Below, piece after piece: positions 8,266-18,729 of a stretch of 32,815 nucleotides of DNA. Source of the DNA: an uncultured Candidatus Saccharibacteria bacterium. Lineage in GTDB: Bacteria > Patescibacteriota > DYJS01 > CAYMEI01. The stretch lies in assembly GCA_964389605.1 (NCBI GenBank), contig CAYMEI010000002.1:1-32815 (forward strand). The letters run 5' to 3'. The notes below the pieces were generated by a model that saw nothing but the letters and a program-made list of their open reading frames with translations, searched no databases and had not been told where the DNA came from. Numbering within the stretch: the first letter of the stretch is position 1; each line of letters starts with the position of its first letter. The translations under genes were made by a program, and so were the position numbers.

Positions 8266-10521
8266 ATGAGATTTAATTTCAACAAACTGCTAATAAGTTC
8301 TTTATTCTTATTACCTGTTTTCACAGGAGAAGAAGCCATGGCCATAGAAAATGTAAGCATACCACCCAATCCAGATTTTCTGGCTTCGAAGGTAACAGAC
8401 AGAGAAGGTAAAGCACTGGAGGCTATAAATAATGCCAGAGCCAAAGACCCTTCTATTAGTAAAGACCTAGTTTTGCCAACTGAATACTGGTCTTTACCGG
8501 TTGATCAACAACTATTGTTTTTAGTAAATGACGAAAGAGTTAACAGGGGGCTCAACCCCATAAAAGGTATTGACTATACCTTACAGAATAAGATGTCTCA
8601 GCCAATGGCTGATGCGGTGCAAAACTGTGGGGTGGACTTACAGACTCCGCACATAGACAATTGCCCGGAAGGCGAAAATGGGGATAGGGGTCAAAAAGGC
8701 CCTGCCGATAGACTGGTCATGTTTCCTGGACTACATGGTCACACAAAAGCTGGTAGTTCGTATCAGGAGAATCTGGCTCTTAATTCGGCAGGTGCTCCGG
8801 GCGCTCTTTATACCTGGATATACGATGATGGGGATAATACAGGTAATACTTACACACACAGGAAGTCTTTTCTGTTTGATTTTTCAGAAAATGCCTACAT
8901 AGGTATAGGGTATCATGGTGCAGGTGAGGTAGATTTATTTAATGGAGGTACACCTGTGGATACTATTAAGAATGTACAGATTGTAGAAGTAGATTTTATA
9001 GACTATCAGACGGATTTTACACCTTCTTCTAAGAAGCTTTATACACAGGTACTGAAAGCACTGGATGTGCCGGTTGAACCAGAACCAGAACCAGTTGATC
9101 CTATAGTAAATCCTGTTGATTATAACTATGATTTTGTTTTTTTTGTTAAGCAGGGAGATTATGACTATACAAGGGATGGTGATCCTGTATTTGTGATTAA
9201 TAATGCAGATGGAAGAGTAATTGACTTTCAGTTTACAAATAACACAGATATTCCAATTACCGGATCTGGGAAAAATGGCATAAAGATAGGATCTTTAAAT
9301 GTTGATGGCAGGCGGGATGCTCCGCATGAGCTGTTAAGTGATAATATAGGGGAAGACTCGTCGCAGCCTTTAAAAGGCAACAGAGTCAACCTGCCGGTTG
9401 TAGAGGACGGGCAGACAAAGACCATCAAGCTGGAAGTACCACCTGGATCAGAAACAGGACCAGACTATATATGTCTTGGTATTGTGCAGGAAGGGGTACA
9501 GTGGTTTAAAAAAAACGAATTATGTTTTTGGGTATATAATTTAAAAGATTTAACAGATACGAATGACCTGGTTATTAATGATTTGTCAGAGTATAGTTAT
9601 GAATGGGTGCAGACAGAGAAAAAGAACTTTACAGTCAAGCAGGGTGAGTCTGTTAAGGGGACTGTTAAGCTAAAAAATACAGGAACAGCTACTTGGTATC
9701 CCGGTCTTTTTAATCTGGGTACCGTTAATCCGGTTGATTCTTTTTCTAATCTTTATCACAGTAGCTGGTTTCCGGGAGGAAACAGAAACAGGGTTATTCT
9801 TCCACGCAAGGTCAAGCCAGGTGAAACAGTGGAGGTAGATATCAATCTACAGGGAGAGCAGCTGGGTCCTCAGAGAGTATTTTTTCAGGGCATAGTAGAA
9901 ACTGCCGGGTGGATAAAAGAAGATAAAAATAGATCTATGTACCTGGGAGCCTTGGTGACAAATCAGGATGGCACAATACCTAAGTATACTTTAGACCAGA
10001 ATCCTTCTGCCTATAACTACGAAGGGGTTGATCAGTCAGATTTTAGTAATGAGGGTACTATTGGAGATAAGCTTGCATTCTGGTTTGAAATAAAAAATAC
10101 AGGAACAGCTCCATTTGTAAAAGGATACACCAGAATGGGCTCAAGTGGAGAGTGCTTTGATCCGGTCAAGCTTGGGGGTCCATATGAACTTACAACTGTT
10201 AATGGAGTTGTTAAAAATGGCTGTAATGGGGTCAGGCTGATAGACACTTCCAGTAGATTTGCTGATTCTACAGAAGATACAAAGTGGCTGCAGGATGGAG
10301 CAGGAAGGTACAACAGGATAGATATGATGAATGAACCAATTGTGTGGTCTGGAGAGGTTGCAAGATTTGAAGGAGATTTTTATTTATCAGAAGAAGTGTT
10401 GAATAATTTTCCTTCTAGGGTGCAGGATGATACTTTTGTTGCTCAATTTTTTACTCCTGTAATGGAGCATATTACTTGGATGAAAGATATGGGTGTTCAT
10501 CTGGGGGTAAGGGTGGCCTGA
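8266..10521 (+). CDS. Secreted multidomain protein: CAP/SCP-like domain, PEPEP linker, repeated beta-sandwich (NBR1/Ig-like) modules
   Basis: 751 aa with an N-terminal signal peptide (LLISSLFLLPVFTGEEAMA). CAP-like landmarks at about 8416-8911 are NDERVNRGLNP, H, ENLAL, THRKSFL and YIGIGY. The linker reads PVEPEPEPVDP. Two modules share the motif (V/E)(K/I)LKNTGTA(T/P)(W/F). Confidence 0.6.
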   Translation: MRFNFNKLLISSLFLLPVFTGEEAMAIENVSIPPNPDFLASKVTDREGKALEAINNARAKDPSISKDLVLPTEYWSLPVDQQLLFLVNDERVNRGLNPIKGIDYTLQNKMSQPMADAVQNCGVDLQTPHIDNCPEGENGDRGQKGPADRLVMFPGLHGHTKAGSSYQENLALNSAGAPGALYTWIYDDGDNTGNTYTHRKSFLFDFSENAYIGIGYHGAGEVDLFNGGTPVDTIKNVQIVEVDFIDYQTDFTPSSKKLYTQVLKALDVPVEPEPEPVDPIVNPVDYNYDFVFFVKQGDYDYTRDGDPVFVINNADGRVIDFQFTNNTDIPITGSGKNGIKIGSLNVDGRRDAPHELLSDNIGEDSSQPLKGNRVNLPVVEDGQTKTIKLEVPPGSETGPDYICLGIVQEGVQWFKKNELCFWVYNLKDLTDTNDLVINDLSEYSYEWVQTEKKNFTVKQGESVKGTVKLKNTGTATWYPGLFNLGTVNPVDSFSNLYHSSWFPGGNRNRVILPRKVKPGETVEVDINLQGEQLGPQRVFFQGIVETAGWIKEDKNRSMYLGALVTNQDGTIPKYTLDQNPSAYNYEGVDQSDFSNEGTIGDKLAFWFEIKNTGTAPFVKGYTRMGSSGECFDPVKLGGPYELTTVNGVVKNGCNGVRLIDTSSRFADSTEDTKWLQDGAGRYNRIDMMNEPIVWSGEVARFEGDFYLSEEVLNNFPSRVQDDTFVAQFFTPVMEHITWMKDMGVHLGVRVA

Positions 10522-10604
10522 GGTGGACTCGTGTGTCCGCCCTTCTGCTAAAACAGTGCTGGCAGAGTTATACTGAGTAGTAAAAGCACCCCACGCCCCT
10601 CTAC
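10522..10604. repeat. Further copies of the GC-rich repeat family directly after the 8266-10521 stop codon
   Basis: A hairpin is formed by GGTGGAC (10522-10528) and GTCCGCC (10535-10541). An inverted degenerate copy, caccccacgcccctctac, lies at 10588-10604 (compare accccgcccctgcagtag at 5491-5508). Confidence 0.4.
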
Positions 10605-10756
10605 ACTTCAGCCTCTTTTGTTTGTTGTTTAAAAGTCTTTTTAATTAGAATCTTACCTTATTGAATATATATTGATTACTTAATCTATAAATTGTGTGTA
10701 GATTTTTTAAAACCAAGATTCTTGATTGCTCTGGTGCTGGTGGGGAGGTGAAGTTT

Positions 10757-10789
10757 ATGAACATTTTCTATTTTTATCTATTTATTTAA
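10757..10789 (+). promoter_or_regulatory. Candidate leader-peptide uORF (MNIFYFYLFI) with a strong SD, upstream of the RND gene
   Basis: GGAGG at 10744-10748 lies 8 nt before ATG 10757. There are 10 codons, 8 of them aromatic or aliphatic, ending at TAA 10787-10789. It ends 106 nt upstream of the RND start codon. Confidence 0.3.
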
Positions 10790-10856
10790 GCGTACAGAAA
10801 ATAAGAGCAGAATCCTTGACAATAAGCTTCTGAATATTAGTCATATTTTTGGACAG

Positions 10857-10874
10857 TGTTCATTCAGTTGAACA
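10857..10874. promoter_or_regulatory. Operator-like inverted repeat TGTTCA-N6-TGAACA
   Basis: The arms are 10857-10862 and 10869-10874, about 22 nt upstream of the RND ATG. A TTGACA hexamer lies at 10816-10821. A second copy, ACAGTATTCA, follows as a direct repeat of ACAGTGTTCA. Confidence 0.2.
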
Positions 10875-10895
10875 GTATTCAATTAAGTCAAAAAT

Positions 10896-13800
10896 ATGAA
10901 TGAGCAAACTAATCAAAATAATACCAATAATACCAAAGAAGTGTCAAATTTTTTTGTAAAATGGACTAGATTTTTTGTAGATAAGTAGCGACTGACCATC
11001 ATACTTATTGCAACCATTACACTGGCTGGATCTTTTGGTGTTGCATCTAATCAGAGGCAGGATTTTCCAACTATTCCAACAAATTTTATACAGGTTACCT
11101 TAACCTACCCGGGTGCATCTTCTGTTGATGTAGAACAGCAGGTTGTAATACCGGTTGAGCAGGTTTTAAAAGATGTTGATCATGTAGAGAAAATAAGATC
11201 TAACGCATCAGATAATTTTGCGGCACTGTTTATAGAGATGGGTATTTTTGATACAGGTGATCTAACTGATGCTGCTGATAAAATGACAGCAGAAATAAAC
11301 AAAGTTAATTTACCTTCAGATGTTGATTTTAATGTTGAGTCTATAGAAGCAGGTGGGCCTACAATAGCTGTTGGGCTGGTGTCTGATGAAAATAGAACAA
11401 ACAAGGAGCTTTTGCAGATAGCTTCGGATATAAAGGCAGATATAGAGGCATCTTCTAATGAAATCAGTCATGTAGATATTGCTCCGGACGATAGCTTTAA
11501 GGTTAACATAGTCCTGGATCAGCAGATGTTAACACAGAACCAGCTGAGCCATAGTGCAGTTTCAAGTACAATTCAGTCTTATATATCTTCTCTTCCTAGT
11601 GGAAGTATAAAAACAGAGGAGGGTGTGGATGAATCCATTAATATAAATGCACCTGCCCAGAATATTGAGGATATAGAGAATATTTTAATAGGCGGAGTAA
11701 GGCTTAATGACATTGCTCAGATTGAAAGAATACCCGTAAATTCAGAAAATATAACATTTGCAGGCTTCTTGGAAGATGGAAAAGGGGTTGCAAAAGAGTC
11801 TGTATATATGGAGATTTATAAAACAGACCAAGGTGATTCAATTAATATTTCTAATGCAGTGCTAGATACCATAGATAGTCTGAAAAAAGCAGGAGATATT
11901 CCAGACGATGTAAGAGCTGTTACTTTATTTGATTCGGCACCAAGTGTTGAAAAACAGATCACTGATTTACTGGGAAGTGCTTCTCTGGGTCTGGTACTGA
12001 TTTTGGTTGTACTCCTTTTCTTTATCAATTTCAGGGCAGCTGTTGTTGTTGCCACGATTCTACCTCTGGCTTTTCTGGCTACACTTTTTACGCTGTATGT
12101 TATTGGCTTTACTATTAATATTCTAACTCTTTTTGCCATGATTCTCTCTCTGGGAATTTTAGTAGATAATGCAATTGTTATTACAGAAGGAATTGTTTTT
12201 GAGCTGGAAAAAGGCGTTTCCAAAAGAGAGGCAACCCTCAGGGCACTTAAAAACCTTGGGCCAGCCGTTACCACAGCAACAGCCACAACTTTGGTTGTAT
12301 TTATTCCTTTTGCCAGTGTTGGCGGCATAATGGGAGAATTTATTAAGTATATTCCTTATACCATAATCATTATGCTGATAATATCTTACTTTCTGGCTAT
12401 TTCTATAACTCCATTATTTGGAAAATGGCTTTTAAAAGAAGAGGAGGGTGGCAAAAAGATGGAAAGCTGGCATAAATATCTGGTATTTCCTTTAGTAGTA
12501 AAATATGGACAAAAAGGTATAGATGATATTGCAAATGGGTACAAAAAATTAATTTACAGAGTACATAAACACATTATACCAAAAACTGTTACTTTGGTGC
12601 TGTCAATAATTTTAATTTTTGGGAGGCTTTTTAGTGTTGGACAACTCAAGGGAGAGCAGATGCCCTCGGTGGATAGTTCTTTGCTGCTTGTTACTTTTGA
12701 ATTCCCAACCGGTACTACTTTTGAAACCAGAAAAGAAGTTGTATCAAAAGCTCAGGAAGAAATTGTGGATATACCATTTTTCCAGACATCTCTAAATTTT
12801 CCAACCGGAGAAATATACATTACCATAGAAGAACCCACAGAAAGAAGAGGGGAAGACCTAGATGGTTTTGATGTTGCAGAACAGCTGGATAAAGATTTAC
12901 AGGGTATAGCACAAGAGTATGAAGGAGTAAGGATAAATGCTGGTCTGGCTGGTTATGGTCCTCCTGCAAGTGAATATGATGTTACTTTGGAAATAAAAGA
13001 TAATGATCTTTTAGACTTGGAGAGGGTTTCGGGTGAAATTAATGAATTTGCTGAAAGTAGAAATGATATAGAAAGAGTGATAAACGGATACACCGACAGA
13101 CTGGTATCTTCTGTAGAAGTTGATTTTATTGATCAGGCTTTAAGTGATAGAGGTATAAGTAATTTGCAGGCTGCAGGTGCCATAAGGTCTGTTTTTTCCA
13201 GCGAAGAGCTGGGGAGAGTTACCGTCAGGGATGATGGCGTTTCGGACAGGGTGTATATTGAATTTTCAGATGAGGCTAAGAATTCTTTAGAAGATTTAAG
13301 GATGCTGCCAGTTGCGCCTAGGACAGTTTTGTCTGATATTGCAGAAATTGACTAGGTAGAAAAACTTAATTCTATAATCAGGCTTGAAGGGTGGAGGGCT
13401 ATACAGATAGACTTTGCCTTAAAGGAAGATGCTGACTCTGTTGAATTTCAGGGGCAATTAGAGGAGTTTTTGGGGTTCAAAAGAGAGAACGGAGCCTTAC
13501 AGATAGACAATAATGGCAGGGTTAGTGAGCTGGGACTGGATGGGGGAGCAGATAGTATTTCTTTTGGTGGATTTCAGGCGGATGTCTAGGGGGACCAATG
13601 ATGATTTAATACTGGTTTCACTTTTAGCAATGATTGCTGTTTATATTATTCTAATTAATCAGTTTAATTCATATGTAAAACCTGCACTTATTATGCTTGT
13701 AGTAGTTACTGCATTTTCTGGCGTTTTCCCTGGTCTGTTTATATTTGACGAGTCAATAAATCTGGTGTCAGGGTTGGGTATAGTTGCCTTGATTGGTATT

Positions 13801-14181
13801 GCGGTTAACGATGCCATTGTATTTATTGATACACTGCAAAAGAAAAGAAAAGAAGAACCAGAAGCGGAGCTTAGCGAAATTCTGGCAGAGACTGGAAGAT
13901 TAAGATTTAAGCCTATTCTGTCTACAACTCTTACCACAATTCTGGGTATACTGCCTTTAGCCATAACAGACCCATTCTGGAGGGGGCTTGGGATAAGCCT
14001 TATATTTGGGCTAATATTTTCTACTGTTGCTACTCTTGTAATCATGCCAACAGTGTACAAGGCTTTTGTGTGGTTTTGGGCTAATGCTGTATTAAAACCT
14101 GCCGATAAGGTATTCAAAAAGGATTTTTCACAAAAATATAAAATGACCACCCTTGGTTCAGAGGGTAAGCAGGGTCGTTAA
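10896..14181 (+). pseudogene. RND-family (AcrB-like) efflux permease, interrupted by in-frame TAG codons and one frameshift
   Basis: One frame runs from ATG 10896 (NFFVKWTRFFVDK-TAG-RLTIILIATITLAG...YPGASSVDVEQQVVIPVEQ) straight into track ORF 11238-13355. It continues stop-free for 77 codons past TAG 13353-13355. It then needs a +1 shift near the G5 run (about 13584-13592) to join ORF 13513-14181, which carries TM7-12 (QFNSYVKPALIML, GIAVNDAIVFID, RLRFKPILSTTLTTILGILPLA). Total length is about 1,095 codons, typical for RND. Confidence 0.75.
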
Positions 14182-14235
14182 AATTGTAGTACAGTGTGTC
14201 TACTGTGCCTCATATCCAAATTTTATACCTCCCGT

Positions 14236-14270
14236 CAGAGACGCAAAATATTGCGTCTCTGTTATTTTTA
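14236..14270 (+). terminator. Rho-independent terminator after the RND gene
   Basis: Perfect 11-bp stem, CAGAGACGCAA (14236-14246) with TTGCGTCTCTG (14251-14261), and a 4-nt loop. It is followed by TTATTTTTA. Confidence 0.6.
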
Positions 14271-14928
14271 TAAGCAAGAGTGAGCTGTAAAAGAATAATT
14301 TTACACCCTATCTAACCACAAACCCTGATTTATTTTTAGAATTCACCACTTTCACAGATCGTGTAATCAAGAATAATCTTGTAATACAGATATCCCATTG
14401 CTTTATGATTATACTAAATATACTATAATAGGTAGAAAAGCAGGTTATTCCAAGAGTAGTAAAAGATGGTTCATATATCGGAGAGAGAGCAGTTTATAGG
14501 GGACTATGCTAGGAGAGGAACAAGAGCTGAGCAACCCTCTGCCCTAACGGAAAGATTACATGCGAGGTTTATGAACCACTTTTTTGCGTTGCTAGTTTAT
14601 AACAAATTACGCAAATCCGGATGGAGTGTAAAAGAGTGCTTCGATTTTCTTGCAATGGGTAAAGACCCAGAAACAGAGAAACTGCACAGTGTCCGCGAAG
14701 AGATGGGTATTCCAAAGATGGTCCCTCTGGGGGGTTATAGTTGCATTTATTGATACAGTAAAAAAGGATAGGGATGTTAGTCTGCAAGAGCGGTATGAAG
14801 AGTTTTTGCGTTACTCGGTTCCAAATAGAGAGGTTAGAAGAAAACTATCTGAGGAGCATGATGTAAAACCCAGAGAGCTTGATGGGATTATCAGGAATCA
14901 GTCGGGAGAGCAGAACCGTTCTCTTGTT

Positions 14929-15129
14929 GAACTGGTGAGCAATGCAATTGATTACTCAGAAGAGGGTGGAGCTGTAGATGTTGAGCTACAGGAAAGTGGT
15001 TTTACAGTAAAAGATAGTGGCAAGGGTATGAGTCCTAAGCAGATTTTTGAGCGTCTGCTTATCCCTAAGTCTTCTGGCTCGGCAGCTGAGGAGGATAATA
15101 CAATTGGGCGGTTTGGTATGGGGTTCTAT
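14929..15129 (+). other. GHKL ATPase module 1 (Bergerat fold motifs)
   Basis: N box ELVSNAIDYS, G1 box VKDSGKGM, G2 box GRFGMGFY. The in-frame TAA lies 6 codons after the G2 box. Confidence 0.75.
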
Positions 15130-18100
15130 ACAGCGCTATCGCACCTGTAAAACGAGGGGGATACTCTGATTGTTTATACTCATAATGGAACTGCTGGATA
15201 TGAGATACATTTTGTGCTTCAGGATGGAGAGATAAAGGTATTCACAAGAGAAAACAATGACCTTGAGCAGGGGACGACTGTTGCTTTGAATGTGCAGGAG
15301 TTTAACAGAGCAGATGCAGATTGGATTGTTAAGGATTATATGCGATACAACCGAAATGCTGAAGTAAGGCTTGGTGGTGAGAGTGTTGGTGTGGCTGATA
15401 GTATGAAAGCGGTAGAGGTTGAGTTTAACGAAGGCGGCAAGAATGCGCTACTTTACCGCAACCGTGAAGAAGGAAACACTGAACCATGCGAGGTAACTGT
15501 TTGTGTGCACGGTGTAAAGATAGAAGGGATTCTGGTAGAAGGAGAGAATCTTCCTGCCGAGGTGGTTCTTGATCTATCAAGAGTTATTGGCTTGGCAGAG
15601 AACCGTGGAGAGATAGCTGTTGATAGTAAAGCAGTTGAGGCTGTGAAACAGTTAACTGAAGTTGTTACAGCGCAGGAAAACCCGATACCTCTTTTTAATG
15701 CACTTTACCCACTGGTAGCAAAACTACAAAAGCGCGAAAGAACACGGCTAAAAGAGAATAATATGGTTGAGCTACTGCAGAGTAGTGCCCGTGAATTTTT
15801 CCCAGACAGTAAAACACTTGTTCCTAACGCTCCAGAATTTCAGATGCTTGCTATAGAAGATGCAGTGTATGTACACCCCGGACTTCACAGGGTAAACTAT
15901 CTTGAGCTCCCTGGTGTTGAGCGGTGCAGTGGTTTTCAGTCAGAAACTCACACTGTTTACCTGGTTGATTTGGTATAGGGTGCCTCAGATGTTGTGCTTG
16001 AAGCTCCAGATCACAAAGTCTTTTTACTTGATAGGGCAGTTTATGAGAGACACAAATCAACTCCAACCCTTCTTGATCTTTACCTGAATTTGGGCAGGCG
16101 GGAGAAGGTGGGGAGTTTTGTGCCATATATTGAGCGGAGACGCGCTGAGACTGGGGAGCAGACTGTTACAGATACCACTGCTCCTGAACTGCAAGGAGTT
16201 TCTGTAGCGGCAGGTGGTGAGCAAGCTACCGATGTTACAGGAGAAAAAAACAAAAGTAACCGAAACTGAAAAACAAGAAGGCTGGGTTTTACCGGAAAGT
16301 CTTCTGGTAGAGCATTATAGAATGTTTCAGAAAGCTGCGAATCTATCCCCCATAGGATATGGAGAACTGCTTTCAGTTAGTGAAATATGGGCCGTCTATA
16401 GACCAGATGATTGGGGTATTCCCGATTATCTGTGGGGAAGGTCTGATTACCATAGTGTTCCAGCCGAAGAGATGGATGAAGGTGCGGAATTAAGGATGCA
16501 GAGCTTAAGAGCATTCTATGCATTTTTTCGGAAGAGACTTTTGTTGAATTTGCGAAGTATACCAAAGAAGAAAGAAGGAAGCAATTTATTGCCCGAATGA
16601 AGCAACTTCTCCCCAGTATTTATGGTCTTTTTAAGCCAACCATAAGATATAACCAGGAAACCAAGGAGAAAGAAATTGATAAATCAAGCGAAGAAAGGGT
16701 AAGTAGATCACTGGCATTTATTGAAGATAATAAGAGAGTTGATATAAAGAAGGTTTTTGAGAATGATTTTATTAATAATAATTTTAACTGGGCAATTGAG
16801 TTCTTTTTAGGTTATCTTGAACACATAGACAGGCTTAGAAGTGTGCATCCAGAGAATAGACCGGTTTTTGAGCTAGTCTTTTCCCATCAGAGAAGGCTCG
16901 GCATAACCGGCGATCGCTACAGTAACTACGAGGATAAACTGGCAGATCTTAGGAGAAACTGCACTCGCGATTTCCCTTTCACCAGGCAGTTTTGTGAAGA
17001 GGCTTTACGCCCGGCGCTTAATTCACCATTTATTAACGCAGGAGACCTCTTTGCGCAACTGGGTTTTGTTGGTGAAAAAATAACAGAGTTTAAAGAGACT
17101 ATACATAGGGTCAGATTAATGGAACAGGTAGTAGCTGAGCTAAATACAAAAGGTTTTACAGGTGATATTGGTATTAGAGATCTTTATGACAGTTCAGATT
17201 TAAGCGGAAAAGCCAAAGAGATACTCATTATGATGAGTCATGAGAAAGACGATAAGGAAAGAGGAAAGAGTAAGCATGGAAGAGGTGATAAAGGGTTAGC
17301 AATGCATGGCGGGAGAGAAAAACTGATCTCATATAGTGAAATAGTCTATGATCTGGAGCATCAGAAGAGAAAACTTGCTAGTATGAAGAGAGAGGTTGAA
17401 GGGGCTGAAGGTTTTAAAAGTGGTGTCGGGCAGTTTGGAAGCAATTTAAGCAGATTTCTGCAGATGCCAGAGCTAAGGAGTTTGGAGGGGCAGATGCTGC
17501 CAAACCAGATGAGTCTGTTTTCCTGTGTTGAGTTCAAGAGAGAGAAAAAGCATCGAAAATATGAGTATGAGCAAGTATTCCTGACTAACCCTGTATATTG
17601 TGGGAGCCAGGAGTTCTCTGATAAGCGTTTGCAGATAATTAACGATACAATAAAGAGGCATTTTTGTATTGATATACAGCAATATAACCAAAGGAAACGC
17701 CTTGAATTATACTTACAACGAACCTGGAAAGCGCTGGGATTGTCGGATGAAACTTTTGCACGAATCAATGATGTACTGGTAATAGCTGGAGAAAGAGATT
17801 TGCATGAAGTGGTTTATAATGAAGATTATATGCAGGAAGTGGTTGCCCAGCTGGGTGATCTATACACTCCAATAATAGTAGTAGACTACCTTGAATTTTT
17901 TGGTGGAATTGCGAAAAACAATACTGAAGGGCTACTGGGAGATCTGAATGCCAAGGCGCTTTCACTCTGGAAGCATCTTGTAAAACTTTCACCCGAAGAA
18001 TACGAACGCGTAAAGAGTCATGCAAGAATGCGACCCAACTATGGTGCTGAAGATTACTACTATTTCAGATCTCTTGATGTACCACCTCGGGATATTCCCC

Positions 18101-18399
18101 GCGAAATACGAGCATATGTTCTTTATATGAGAACACCCAATCCAGAACTTCTAAACTACAAGCCTGACGATCATTACGATATATCTCTTGACGAGTATGG
18201 AGGTAAGTCTCAGTTATCAGATCTATCTGTTGCAAAGTCAGGTAATCAGAGAAGATTTATGGGATTCAACGGAACTCCCAAAGAGCTACAGCAGTTAGTT
18301 GAGCAGGAGAGCGATGGTAAGGATACTGAAATTGTCAGGCGAGAGATTATACACGCTATGAGCTATCTATCTGTTAATGATGGCTATCTGTTTATCCGT

Positions 18400-18729
18400 G
18401 AGTTAATCAGCAACAGTATTGATGCTATTAAGAAAACAACAGAGTCAGAGGTGAGCAAGAAAGAAGGAGACTTCTCTTTGCAGGACTGGGTAAAAAGCGC
18501 AAAGATGCTGCTAAAAAGCCTCAGAAGGCGAAACAGAGATGACCCGGAGGTTAACCGGACTGTTCATATTGAACACTTTATGCAAGCAAGAGAAGATGAG
18601 CAAGATAGGTTGATTGTTGTTGCACAAGATGGTGTAGGTATGACCTTCCGGGAAGTTATTAACTATCTTTTAGTGCGGGGAGAGCGCAGTAGTTCTGAGA
18701 AAGGAAAGTTTGGGCAGAAGTTTTTTACA
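18400..18729 (+). other. GHKL ATPase module 2
   Basis: N box ELISNSIDAI, G1 box VAQDGVGM, degenerate G2 box GKFGQKFFT. The downstream segment (GIVIDLPTGIELIVSGNDIA) parallels module 1 (EVVLDLSRVIGLAENRGEIA). Confidence 0.65.

Noticed and set aside
14400-14430. Promoter call for the GHKL locus (TATAAT at about 14423-14428) and similar -10-like hexamers near 21700 and 5700
   Set aside because: In DNA this AT-rich, TATAAT-like hexamers occur by chance, and none has a convincing -35 element at 16-18 nt spacing. They are not reported as features.
10986-15978. Alternative genetic code (TAG and/or TAA as sense, or TGA as Gly/Trp) to explain the in-frame stops
   Set aside because: argS ends with TAG exactly after the conserved C-terminal Met. 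sufB and the 8266-10521 gene end with TGA at natural C-termini. Several genes end with TAA. Both TAG and TAA interrupt the GHKL locus, and the same loci also need frameshifts. Decay or consensus error fits better than recoding.
16597-16600. ATGA start/stop overlap as a genuine boundary between two GHKL-locus genes
   Set aside because: The downstream frame is open for 29 codons upstream of the ATG with protein-like sequence (FSEETFVEFAKYTKEERKQFIAR). The upstream ORF's tail is basic low-complexity, typical of out-of-frame reading. A one-base change in T6 16523-16528 joins them. Kept as an alternative because it cannot be excluded without homologues.
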